A stretch of 24,000 bases of DNA from Enterococcus phage vB_EfaM_Ef2.1: the sequence record MK693030.1, one strand, 5' to 3'. Shown here piece after piece: positions 8,887-17,411 of this stretch. A program made the position numbers and the translations under genes. How positions within the stretch are numbered: position 1 is the stretch's first letter; each line of letters starts with the position of its first letter. The notes under the pieces are model-generated. The model ran no database searches and was not told where the DNA came from. It saw only the letters and a list, made by a program, of their open reading frames with translations.

Positions 8887-11037
8887 TTAAATTGTACAAC
8901 TTTCACACTCTGAAACCCCTACTTCGCTTCCGTCTTCTTCGGTGAATGTTCTAACATAATAAATTGTTTTTATACCTTTTTTCCATGCATAATGTCTTAA
9001 TAAAGTTAAGTCCCGAGTGGATGTAGCGCCACCCTCCACCTTCCAAGGATAAAGATTTTCTGGTAACTCTGAGCGCATAAACAATGTTAAACTCATACCT
9101 TGGTCAATATGTTTTTGTGCCGTTGCGTACACGTTGATTACGTCAATCATACTTGTGTTGTACGCTGACTTGTAATATGGAATTGTCTTCTCAGATAACC
9201 GGGGTGCAGGGTAATAAGTTTTACCTGTTTTCCCATCTTGACGTTCTTCAATCATAGAGATAATTGGGTGCAATGAAGAAGTAGTCTCATTAACATAAGC
9301 AATACTACCATTTGGAGCCACAGCTAAACGGTTTTGATGATATAGACCACCTTCAATAATACTGTTTCTTAATGTTTCCCAATCTTTTACATTAGGTAGC
9401 ACCACTCCATCGAATATTTCCGCCACCTTACTAGAGATTTCCTGATTTAGTGTTGGTACATATTCATCAAAGTAAGAACCGTCTGCATATTTAGAGTTCT
9501 CAAAGTTATAGAATGTTGTGCCACGCTCTTTAGCAATCTTATTACTTGCCACCAAAGTAGCATAGTTAATTAATTCAAACAGAGCATCCGTCATTTCAAT
9601 AGATTCAGGTGAGCCATATTCTACTTGGTTACTTGCGAACCACGCATGTAGCCCCATTGCCCCTAAACCAATTGTATGGGCTTTATCATTACCATTCTTG
9701 ATAGTAGGTACTGCTTTTATATTTGACACATCTGTAATATATGTTAGAGCTCTTACCATCGTCTCAATTGATGCCACTACATCATTAGATGTTTCTAACA
9801 AGTTAAGGATGTTAATTGAACCTAAATTACAGCTAATGTCTGTACCTAACTCTTCATATACTTGTTCATCATTTAGCTTAGATGGTGTCTGTACCTGTAA
9901 TATTTCACTGCATAAATTACTCATAATGATTTTGCCATCAATAGGATTGGCTTTATTTACAGTACTAACATTCATAATATATGGGTAACCTGACTCTTGT
10001 TGTAAACGGCTAATTTCTTCTTCTAAATCTCGTGCATTCATTACCTTACTTCTGATATTCGGGTTCTGAATCATGTTATTGTATTCTGAATCAATGTCTA
10101 CAAATGAGAATGGTACACCGTATTCTTTAGCAACATCATATGGAGAAAATAAGTGAATTACATCCCCAGACTCAGCTAGCTCATAAAATTTATCGGGAAC
10201 AACTACTCCCAAAGAAAGTGTTTTGATTTGCTTTGCGGATTCTGCATTTTCTTTTCTAGTTGATAAAAAGTCCATAATATCCGCATGGAAAACATTTAGA
10301 TAGACTGCGCCTGCACCTTGTCTTTGTCCTAACTGATTTGCGTACCGGAAACCATCTTCTAGCATTTTCATAACAGGGACAACCCCGCTACCTGCTCCCT
10401 CAATTCCCTTAATAGGGTCTCCAAGAGCTCTTAAATTACTTAGGTTAATACCAACTCCACCACCAAGTTTAGATAGTTGAAGTGCACTGTTCAACGTTCT
10501 ACCAATTGAAGACATTGAATCTTCTACTTGAATTAGAAAACAGCTGACATACTCCCCTCTTCTAAGCCTACCTGCATTTAAAAAAGTAGGGGTTGCAGGT
10601 TGGTATCTACGGTTAATTAGCTCATCTGCAATCTTCATAGCAAGCTCTTCGTCACCATCACCCATTGTGAGTGCATTAAACGCTACTCTATCTTCATAAC
10701 GCTCTAGGTATCGCTCCCCATCATCTGTTTTCATTGCGTATTGTTTGTAGAAACGGTAAGCCCCCATAAATGTGTCGAATCTGAACTTTTTACTATAGAT
10801 GAACTTAAATAATTTTTTTATAAATTCCATTGAGTACTTGTCAGTAATCACTGTTTTATCGATGTACCCTTCTCTAATAAGGTAACTAATTTTCTCCTCT
10901 AAAGAGTAGAAAAATACTGTGTTCTTGTTTACATGTTCTAAAAAGAATGCTCTAACAGCTTCTTTATCTTTGTCTAACTGAATCTTTCCGTTATTAGGGA
11001 TATTCAATTGGTTATTAAGCTCAATATATGTGTTCAT
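8887..11037 (-). CDS. nrdE: ribonucleoside-diphosphate reductase alpha subunit (class Ib)
   Basis: TPTFLNAGRLRRGEYVSCFL, GGGVGINLSNLRA, NLCSEILQ and C-terminal CESCTI (redox Cys pair). Confidence 0.95.
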   Translation of the reverse strand: MNTYIELNNQLNIPNNGKIQLDKDKEAVRAFFLEHVNKNTVFFYSLEEKISYLIREGYIDKTVITDKYSMEFIKKLFKFIYSKKFRFDTFMGAYRFYKQYAMKTDDGERYLERYEDRVAFNALTMGDGDEELAMKIADELINRRYQPATPTFLNAGRLRRGEYVSCFLIQVEDSMSSIGRTLNSALQLSKLGGGVGINLSNLRALGDPIKGIEGAGSGVVPVMKMLEDGFRYANQLGQRQGAGAVYLNVFHADIMDFLSTRKENAESAKQIKTLSLGVVVPDKFYELAESGDVIHLFSPYDVAKEYGVPFSFVDIDSEYNNMIQNPNIRSKVMNARDLEEEISRLQQESGYPYIMNVSTVNKANPIDGKIIMSNLCSEILQVQTPSKLNDEQVYEELGTDISCNLGSINILNLLETSNDVVASIETMVRALTYITDVSNIKAVPTIKNGNDKAHTIGLGAMGLHAWFASNQVEYGSPESIEMTDALFELINYATLVASNKIAKERGTTFYNFENSKYADGSYFDEYVPTLNQEISSKVAEIFDGVVLPNVKDWETLRNSIIEGGLYHQNRLAVAPNGSIAYVNETTSSLHPIISMIEERQDGKTGKTYYPAPRLSEKTIPYYKSAYNTSMIDVINVYATAQKHIDQGMSLTLFMRSELPENLYPWKVEGGATSTRDLTLLRHYAWKKGIKTIYYVRTFTEEDGSEVGVSECESCTI

Positions 11038-11039
11038 AT

Positions 11040-11282
11040 CTACACCTCAAGTTCTTTTTCTAGTTTTTTAACCAAATCAGGTCTAACACCATTAAATGAG
11101 AAACCATCATCAGCTTCTACATATGGTAATGAAGACACTCCTTTTTCTTTTAGATAAGCTAAAGCTTGCTCATCATGAGAGATATTTTTCTCATCAAATG
11201 GGATATTCTTTCCATTTAACATATTTTTTAAAAATAAACATTGACCACACATATCTTTTGAATATACTGTTACTTTTGTCAT
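11040..11282 (-). CDS. nrdH: NrdH-like glutaredoxin/thioredoxin-fold electron donor
   Basis: VTVYSKDMCGQCLFLKNMLNGKNIPFDEKNI...GVSSLPYVEAD: CxxC and cis-Pro region; immediately upstream of nrdE. Confidence 0.85.
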   Translation of the reverse strand: MTKVTVYSKDMCGQCLFLKNMLNGKNIPFDEKNISHDEQALAYLKEKGVSSLPYVEADDGFSFNGVRPDLVKKLEKELEV

Positions 11283-11372
11283 TTACTACATTCTCCTAAC
11301 TTTTTTATCGTATTTATTAATTATACACTATTTTGCATTAATTGTCAAAAATAAAGAACCAAAAAAAAACTA

Positions 11373-11398
11373 GAGACTACAAAAGTTAATTGTAGCCC
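11373..11398 (-). terminator. probable rho-independent terminator (minus strand)
   Basis: Minus strand GGGGCTACAA-ttaact-TTTGTAGTCTC followed shortly by a T9 run. Confidence 0.65.
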
Positions 11399-11409
11399 CT
11401 TTTAATAAG

Positions 11410-11676
11410 TTACACCTTGTCACCTAAGAAATCTTCTGATTCCTGCGATTTATTCGTAACCTTATCAAGTAGTAAAACAGAATAGTTTTTACCAGTTTCA
11501 ACCTGCAACCTATTAAACACTTTCTGATATTCTTCTGGTGTGTCTGTAACTTCTAATAAGTATTTTGCATTTAAAAATGATAGTAATTCAAGTAGTTCTG
11601 CCTTACTACCTGCCATTTGAACTACAACGTTACCTTCATCGTTCGTGTATGTTCCAATTTTATTTCTAGTAGCCAA
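11410..11676 (-). CDS. hypothetical protein
   Basis: ORF track, co-directional. Confidence 0.6.
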   Translation of the reverse strand: MATRNKIGTYTNDEGNVVVQMAGSKAELLELLSFLNAKYLLEVTDTPEEYQKVFNRLQVETGKNYSVLLLDKVTNKSQESEDFLGDKV

Positions 11677-11681
11677 ACAAA

Positions 11682-11987
11682 TCAGTCCTTCGTAAATTTA
11701 ATGTATTTGTTAACTGTATACACATTTTTAACTTTTTCCCAAACGTTAGGGTATACGTTCATCAATAACTTAGTATCTGCGCTAGCACGTTTGTACTCTG
11801 GCATTAATTTAAATGTGCCCCCATCAATACTAATTTTAGATTCCCCTAACTCTTCCATATCAGAAATGATACTACTTTTTAGCTCATCAATCTCTTCTTT
11901 AATACTTTTTTGCAATTCATATAATTTCTTGTAAGAGCGTAAGTCCTTCTCTAGTAGCTCCTTTTTTTGTAAATCTGTTGTTTTCAT
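11682..11987 (-). CDS. hypothetical coiled-coil protein
   Basis: ORF track; N-terminal helical Lys/Glu-rich segment; AGGGAGAG SD upstream. Confidence 0.65.
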   Translation of the reverse strand: MKTTDLQKKELLEKDLRSYKKLYELQKSIKEEIDELKSSIISDMEELGESKISIDGGTFKLMPEYKRASADTKLLMNVYPNVWEKVKNVYTVNKYIKFTKD

Positions 11988-12065
11988 ACATATCTCTCCC
12001 TCTCTTATTTCTATAATAAGATTATAGCATGTCAGATATGTAAAGTCAACACTTTTTTATACAAA

Positions 12066-12094
12066 AAGAATTGCCCATTATAAAGGCAATTCTT
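12066..12094 (-). terminator. rho-independent terminator (minus strand) overlapping the end of the HTH gene
   Basis: Inverted repeat AAGAATTGCC/GGCAATTCTT followed on the minus strand by TTTGTATAAAAAAG. Confidence 0.65.
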
Positions 12095-12308
12095 GTCCGT
12101 TGTCTTCTTCAAAAAGAATCTCTACAGGTATATTATATAATTTAGCAAGTTTTACTCTGTTTTTAACACGAGGTTCTTTTATACCGTTTTCCCAATAAGA
12201 GATTGATGACCAGTGAACTCCTATCATATTGGCTAACTCTCGTAGAGATTCACCCCTAGCCTCTCTCACTCTTTTAAGGACTTTAGGTTTTGGTACCTTT
12301 TCTTCCAT
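12078..12308 (-). CDS. XRE/Cro-CI family helix-turn-helix transcriptional regulator
   Basis: LKRVREARGESLRELANMIGVHWSSISYWENGIKEPRVKNRVKLAKLYNIPVEILF is a classic HTH_XRE pattern. Confidence 0.88.
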   Translation of the reverse strand: MEEKVPKPKVLKRVREARGESLRELANMIGVHWSSISYWENGIKEPRVKNRVKLAKLYNIPVEILFEEDNGQELPL

Positions 12309-12371
12309 GACTATCCCTCCTTATTCTTAAAAAATAAGAGCCTATCAGGTAGACAGGCTCAGCATCAGGAA

Positions 12372-12596
12372 CTATGCGAAAGCCCCGATATAAGTTACTT
12401 TACCATTACATTTACGTGCAAAAGCCTCTAACTCTTTACGAGCACCTAAACGGTCAGGTTGCGAAGATTGAACAGTAATTTCTTTAGGTACCGTTACTTC
12501 ACGTGTACGAATTTCAGTTTTACCATTTTTTAATTTCTTCTCATACTCCTCTGTACGAGTTGTTGTCGTAGAAATGATTCCATAAAATTTTTTCAT
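12372..12596 (-). CDS. hypothetical protein
   Basis: ORF track; GGAG SD before the start. Confidence 0.6.
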   Translation of the reverse strand: MKKFYGIISTTTTRTEEYEKKLKNGKTEIRTREVTVPKEITVQSSQPDRLGARKELEAFARKCNGKVTYIGAFA

Positions 12597-12706
12597 ATTA
12601 ATAGCTCCTTACTGTTTTTTTTAATAAATTATAATAGTGGTAATAGGGTTTTATGAGACTCCTACTCATTGTAAGCCTTCCTTAATAGATACTTACAACT
12701 ATACGT

Positions 12707-12991
12707 TTATAGACCTCTCTCAAAAAGTCTCCGTAACGTCTTACCTTCATCATTTAAAACGTACACAGAATTTACAAAAGTTTTATACCCTTCTTTTTCA
12801 GTTCTGTACTCGTAAGGTGAATTTGGCACACGAGTGATTTCTTCATGTTTAGAGTTAAGTAATGAAAAAGCATTCTCTTGCTCTAAAAGAAACTGTACCC
12901 CATCAATTAATTCAATAAAAGGCTTAACAATAGGTTCCTCTGTACTGTCTTTACAATCGTATTTTCGTTCTCCTAAAATTTGTAGTATCAT
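12707..12991 (-). CDS. hypothetical protein
   Basis: ORF track; GGAG SD before the start. Confidence 0.6.
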   Translation of the reverse strand: MILQILGERKYDCKDSTEEPIVKPFIELIDGVQFLLEQENAFSLLNSKHEEITRVPNSPYEYRTEKEGYKTFVNSVYVLNDEGKTLRRLFERGL

Positions 12992-13043
12992 GTCTATCTA
13001 TCTCCTCTGTTTAAGTATTAATTTGTGAGTTTCCACTCACAAT

Positions 13044-13114
13044 GCTGATTGAGAGAGTCGAACTCCCATTCCCGGGTTACAAAACCGGAGTAATAGCCAT
13101 TATACTAAATCAGC
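13044..13114 (-). tRNA. tRNA-Thr(UGU)
   Basis: Acceptor GCUGAUU/AAUCAGC, T-arm GGGAG-UUCGACU-CUCUC, anticodon loop UUUGUAA. One mismatch at the base of the anticodon loop stem. Confidence 0.85.
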
Positions 13115-13139
13115 GTAACCCCTCAATAGAGGGAGTTTC

Positions 13140-14231
13140 TTATACTAAATTACCATATCCGTAGGTATTTGTTTTAGCTTGTTTAAACATGATACTCTTG
13201 ATAGCTAAGTCATTGTACTTTTCATCGTCTTCGTCATCAAGGTACACATCAACATTAACGTTCTTACCTAAAATATCGATTGTTTCATCTTTACCTACTT
13301 GTAAGTCTTTACTGTTAAATGATACATCAAAATAGATGTCGTCTTCTTTTGTACGACTACCGAATGATACTCTATCTTCAAATAAATTTAAACTTCGAGA
13401 GTTAATTACAACAGGTTGTAGCCCACCTTCAAATTGAATAGTAACTGTATAATACTGATTTTCAATATTAAGAATGTTCAAATCAGCAATAGCTTCACCA
13501 AATGAGATGCCAAAGCTTAATTCCAACGCAATTGCTCGTAAGCAATCATAGTTTAACTTAATTCTACGGCTAAACTTAACAACACTGTCAATTTCCCCAT
13601 AGTAAGCTTTGTCTAACTTATCTTGCAAGTAAGTACGAATTTCGTCTGCATCAGGGTAGTCGAAACGTAAATGGTAATGGAAACGTCCCGGACGATTAAG
13701 CATAAAGTCGTTTACACGATTTAAGTTATTAACAGTAAGTGCATAAATACGCTTGCGTTGTGATAACCCATCGAATAAGCTCAATAGTTTTTCTTGTGAT
13801 TCACGACCGTCACGGTCATTGAATACTTTTTCAAATTCATCGAACAAGATAAGAGACTCTTGGTCAATACTGTCAATAAATTCTGCGATACCCGGATAAG
13901 CTTCTGTAATTAAGATAACAGGCATACCCTCTTCAATAGCTCGTTGAGATAAGATTTGAGTAAATAGTGATTTACCAATCCCTTTATCCCCACTTAAAAT
14001 AACCCCTAAACTACGATTGATTGTTTTAAATGTGTGTAGTACTTTCTCAATTTTAACTAAACGGTCACCATAAACTTTAGATTCTTTCAATTTAAAATCG
14101 TCTGTAACCGCCAATGAGAACCCAGACATTGGGTTGAATCTAACTTTATAAGTTTGCGCAGGCAACTTATCATAAGTTTTCAGGTCGTTTGCATAAATCT
14201 CATAATTACTACCATAATTGATTACTTTCAT
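13140..14231 (-). CDS. AAA+ family ATPase
   Basis: Walker A GDKGIGKS, Walker B SLILFDEFEKVF, RPGRFHYHLRFDYPD sensor/Arg-finger-like region. Confidence 0.88.
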   Translation of the reverse strand: MKVINYGSNYEIYANDLKTYDKLPAQTYKVRFNPMSGFSLAVTDDFKLKESKVYGDRLVKIEKVLHTFKTINRSLGVILSGDKGIGKSLFTQILSQRAIEEGMPVILITEAYPGIAEFIDSIDQESLILFDEFEKVFNDRDGRESQEKLLSLFDGLSQRKRIYALTVNNLNRVNDFMLNRPGRFHYHLRFDYPDADEIRTYLQDKLDKAYYGEIDSVVKFSRRIKLNYDCLRAIALELSFGISFGEAIADLNILNIENQYYTVTIQFEGGLQPVVINSRSLNLFEDRVSFGSRTKEDDIYFDVSFNSKDLQVGKDETIDILGKNVNVDVYLDDEDDEKYNDLAIKSIMFKQAKTNTYGYGNLV

Positions 14232-14268
14232 ATATTCTCTCCTTAATACTTTTTAATAAATTATAAAT

Positions 14269-14349
14269 GGAGAGTGATGGAGTCGCACCACCCGAGCCTA
14301 AGCAACAGATTTACAGTCTGCTCCGCTACTACTTACGGAATAACTCTCC
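14269..14349 (-). tRNA. tRNA-Tyr(GUA), class II
   Basis: Acceptor GGAGAGU/ACUCUCC, anticodon stem-loop GCAGA-CUGUAAA-UCUGU, long variable arm, GUGCGACUCCA T-arm region. Confidence 0.85.
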
Positions 14350-14602
14350 TTGAATAACCAACCAGATAGGTACCTGACACACGGACAGCACCTGTGTCTC
14401 TCTGTTACTGGCTGATTAATTGTGTATTTCGCATCACCTAATATAGTTATCAAGGTAGGACTTGACTATACTAGATTTAGCTAGGTTCTAACTATAATTT
14501 CCTATGATAACTCCTACTACTAATCATATTTATATACAGTTAAACTACACATAACTAAACCGATTACCTTGGTTCGCATGTTAAGAGGCGCAGGCAACCA
14601 AT

Positions 14603-14675
14603 GGACATTGCAGGTCTCGAACCTGCGACCGTTCGGTTATGAGCCGAATGCTCTGACCAACTGAGCTAAACGTCC
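14603..14675 (-). tRNA. tRNA-Met(CAU) (or Ile2 if lysidine-modified)
   Basis: GGACGUU...AAUGUCC, D-arm UAGCUCAGUUGGUCAGAGC, UUCGG-CUCAUAA-CCGAA, GCAGG-UUCGAGA-CCUGC. Confidence 0.95.
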
Positions 14676-14734
14676 GTAGGGTAGTAGCAACAATTACAAA
14701 TGCTACTCTCCTGATGATTATAAACTTATCAAAT

Positions 14735-14807
14735 CGGAAAGACAGGACTTGAACCTGCGACATCAGACTCCCAAAGCCTGCACTCTACCAAGCTGAGCTA
14801 CTTTCCG
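14735..14807 (-). tRNA. tRNA-Pro(UGG)
   Basis: CGGAAAG...CUUUCCG, anticodon arm CAGGC-UUUGGGA-GUCUG, T-arm GCAGG-UUCAAGU-CCUGU. Confidence 0.95.
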
Positions 14808-14950
14808 GGTTACCTGTTTAATTTGGTCTTTTAAACTACTACACACAGGTAAAGATAAACCCTCTGCCAAGGGGAGACTATCATCGAACCGTATGTAAGT
14901 TACGATGGGTAGTAGCCATATTATATTAGGTTATTAGGAAGTTTACCTAT

Positions 14951-15034
14951 GCAGAAGGTGGGAGTCGAACCCACATGTCCATTACAGACCGATGTTTCTA
15001 AGACACCGTTGTCTACCAGTTCCATCACTTCTGC
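14951..15034 (-). tRNA. tRNA-Leu(UAG), class II
   Basis: GCAGAAG...CUUCUGC, anticodon arm GGUGU-CUUAGAA-ACAUC, long variable arm, GUGGG-UUCGACU-CCCAC. Confidence 0.93.
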
Positions 15035-15189
15035 GGTTGTACTACCAAGGTTACCTCTAAAAGGCTAAACTCGTGTCTGGTAGGGAGCCATACCTTACAT
15101 GGATTGCAAGGAACCTAACCTCAGTAGCACCTTTTACTATTAAGGGTTTCTGATTTAACGTTTTCCCTAGACCGTACCTTAACAGTAAT

Positions 15190-15283
15190 ACTGGTGAGAG
15201 GATTTGAACCCCTCTTACCTACAAGCCTCCGACAAGCGCTATGGGAAACAAGCGGTGCATTAACCATAACTATGCTAACCAGT
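15190..15283 (-). tRNA. class-II tRNA-like gene, isotype not assignable (Ser-like layout, abnormal anticodon loop)
   Basis: Acceptor ACUGGUU/CACCAGU (6 of 7 pairs), T-arm AGGGG-UUCAAAU-CCUCU, D-loop GGUUAAUGC. The anticodon region CCGCUUGUUUCCCAUAGCGC does not give a normal 5+7+5 arm. Confidence 0.6.
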
Positions 15284-15623
15284 ACACTACTGTTTTACGC
15301 AGTCCTCATACTAATAATTCATGTGGACTCAACCCCATTCAGGGAAGTGTTAGTCTATTTTTTGGTGAGAACTGGTTAACTCCATGTACGTCAAACATTC
15401 CCTAGACTACTCACTTACATTGTTATTTAATGTCACATGACTTATGACAGCCGTACTCAAAAGTTTCAAGGACTTTTACCTCACTATCCACCGACAGTAT
15501 GCTCGGCAACGTCTTTCTAATAATAAATTACCCATCACTGTTACAGTAACAGAACCATTGAATTAACGAGCAATATCAGTATTACTAAAAGTAGTCTGTC
15601 TGTGTGGTACAAGCACTAGCAGT

Positions 15624-15653
15624 ATTACAACCTATAGTATGTCTGTTTGTCAA
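15624..15653 (-). promoter_or_regulatory. possible sigmaA-type promoter toward the Leu/Pro/Met tRNAs
   Basis: Minus strand TTGACA, 18-nt spacer, TGTAAT. Confidence 0.4.
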
Positions 15654-15757
15654 TCGTTAAATTCTTTTACAGGAGTACTTGTTAAACTTAGGGAGGTATA
15701 ACAAGTATGTGCACATAACCCGAGTGCTACTCCCTAAAGTAGCCTATACGGGTTAAC

Positions 15758-15830
15758 GTAGATGGAGGGAATCGAACCCCCAACCGTCCGCTTAGAAGGC
15801 GGATGCTCTATCCGATTGAGCTACACCTAC
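15758..15830 (-). tRNA. tRNA-Arg(UCU)
   Basis: GUAGGUG/CAUCUAC, D-arm GUAGCUCAAUCGGAUAGAGC, UCCGC-CUUCUAA-GCGGA, GGGGG-UUCGAUU-CCCUC. Confidence 0.95.
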
Positions 15831-15913
15831 AAATTATGGGGGTAATGAGCCCCCATAATAACTCATAGTAGTTTCATCTATCGAGGATTAAAATGAATAT
15901 CTAACTTGAATAA

Positions 15914-15942
15914 AGTATAACACTATTTACATAGCATGTCAA
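15914..15942 (-). promoter_or_regulatory. sigmaA-type promoter driving tRNA-Arg and downstream RNAs
   Basis: Minus strand TTGACA, 17-nt spacer, TATACT. Confidence 0.75.
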
Positions 15943-16316
15943 CACTTTTATTAAAATAAATTTCTATACCTCACTAATGCCAATGACTATACGTAAGGAG
16001 AGAACGTTGATGGCACTGGCTACTTAGTTGGCGCTAAGTTAGTGAGGTATAGAAAGAGAACTACATTGACCGAATCGTATTATACAGCCTTAGTAGTTGT
16101 TAACAATGTTTGGAACTTAGTAGCTTACTGCAATAAGCTACCCCGATGCTTCGGGGTAGGACTGTGGTAAGCCCAACCCTTGGGTATGCTCCATCCTGCC
16201 TCCGGAGAAGTCAGGCTCAATTCTCATTAGTTAAAGGTTTACTAGTTAACGGTTAGCTGATTAGTCATACTACGTAAACTACTAGTAAAATATAGTTTTC
16301 CAATTAAGGCTAACAA

Positions 16317-16387
16317 TCGGTAGAGGATTTGAACCCCTATTATTGGTTTTGGAGACCAACGTGTTACCAGTTACACTAACCGACTAT
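16317..16387 (-). tRNA. tRNA-Trp(CCA)
   Basis: AGUCGGU/ACCGAUU, anticodon arm UUGGU-CUCCAAA-ACCAA, T-loop UUCAAAU. Confidence 0.92.
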
Positions 16388-16640
16388 GTAAAGAAGGAAA
16401 GCGAAGACCTTCTTTACAGTAATTAAAAAAAACAAACAAAAAAAATACAATCATGGAATCAAGGTGGGATGTAAGGAGATGCCATGTGTCCACTTACAGT
16501 GGAATAGGTAACTACAGATTTGCACTGTTTTACATCTTGTTTAATGGTTACCTGTTAATAGCTAACTTCCAGTGATAAGTCCTCTTATATGGTAGTTCAT
16601 GTAGTATTTGTTTGACAATATGGTAGCTAGCTAAAATGAC

Positions 16641-16712
16641 GACAGTAACGGGACTCGAACCCGTGTGTTCCACGCTGACAACGTGTTGGGACAGCCTCTG
16701 CCCTATACTGCC
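16641..16712 (-). tRNA. tRNA-Asp(GUC)
   Basis: GGCAGUA/UACUGUC, D-arm GGGC/GUCC, anticodon loop UUGUCAG, T-arm ACGGG-UUCGAGU-CCCGU. Confidence 0.88.
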
Positions 16713-16813
16713 ATTATTTATGCCGTAGTTTTTTTAGAAAGGAAAGTTTTTTTATAATATACAACAACAGTTGAAGCGCTGATGTTACTACGGCATAAAT
16801 ATATTTTTTATGA

Positions 16814-17411
16814 GCTTTTAATAACTCAAAACTTAATATAATAGGGCTTTTACTCCTGCTTCATGCACACTCACTGCATTCGGTCACACACCCAGAGAGG
16901 CTGAACTATCGGGAGCTACCCAATAGCTTCTCTCTGCTTTTAATGTATGGTCTAGCACGGTGGCTAACAACGTTCACCTAAACATTCAGCATTAAATAGT
17001 ATTGTTATAAGTTCTTCTTATATCATATATTTTGTAAGCTGACTTAGGCTACTTGTACCAAGGTCTCTTGTTAAACCCATATTTCTATGGTTCTCGTCAA
17101 AGGGAGTCTTTTGAGGTTTCTAAGGTCTGCCAAGTTTCTCACGCTTCCACCTAACTTAGATTCTTTTCCACAGGAACGTCTATTATATCCCCCAAGAGTC
17201 TTGTACCTTACAATCCATGTACACTCCACATAACGCTTAACTGATACTAGCTTTTACTAGTAGTTACTCTTATGTCACCATAAGACATACCTGCTACCTA
17301 AAACACTATCGCACTCTAGGCTACATTCAGAATTACGCCACGTTATCCTAGCAAGCTGTTCAAACTTTCTGCACTAGGTTCTATTATATTAAGTTTTCAA
17401 TTATCAAAAGC
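16814..17411 (-). ncRNA. large structured non-coding RNA candidate (ROOL/GOLLD-like in size and context; class not assignable by eye)
   Basis: Ends 17381-17411 and 16814-16844 form a 31-nt helix (28 Watson-Crick, 2 G-U, 1 mismatch). There are multiple internal hairpins, no ORF in the track, and a strong upstream promoter. Confidence 0.75.

Noticed and set aside
9698-9988. Plus-strand ORF
   Set aside because: Antisense inside nrdE, which has strong homology-type motifs; no supporting SD or context.
12078-12308. Lysogeny-control repressor, implying a temperate phage
   Set aside because: A lone XRE-type HTH is common in virulent phages and no integrase or lysogeny module is visible in the window.
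12637-12837. Plus-strand ORF
   Set aside because: Antisense to the 12707-12991 gene, which has a good SD and fits the operon orientation.
14581-14763. ORF 60 aa on the minus strand
   Set aside because: Overlaps tRNA-Met entirely and part of tRNA-Pro; translation of RNA genes, not a CDS.
15194-15379. ORF 61 aa on the plus strand
   Set aside because: Runs antisense through the class-II tRNA-like gene; begins with sequence derived from the tRNA T-arm complement.
16814-17411. RNase P RNA, tmRNA or a second group I intron as explanation for the long non-coding region
   Set aside because: No recognisable RNase P conserved cores or tmRNA tag/tRNA-like ends, and no P7 pair or flanking split gene; the terminal helix with a free upstream promoter fits a stand-alone RNA better.
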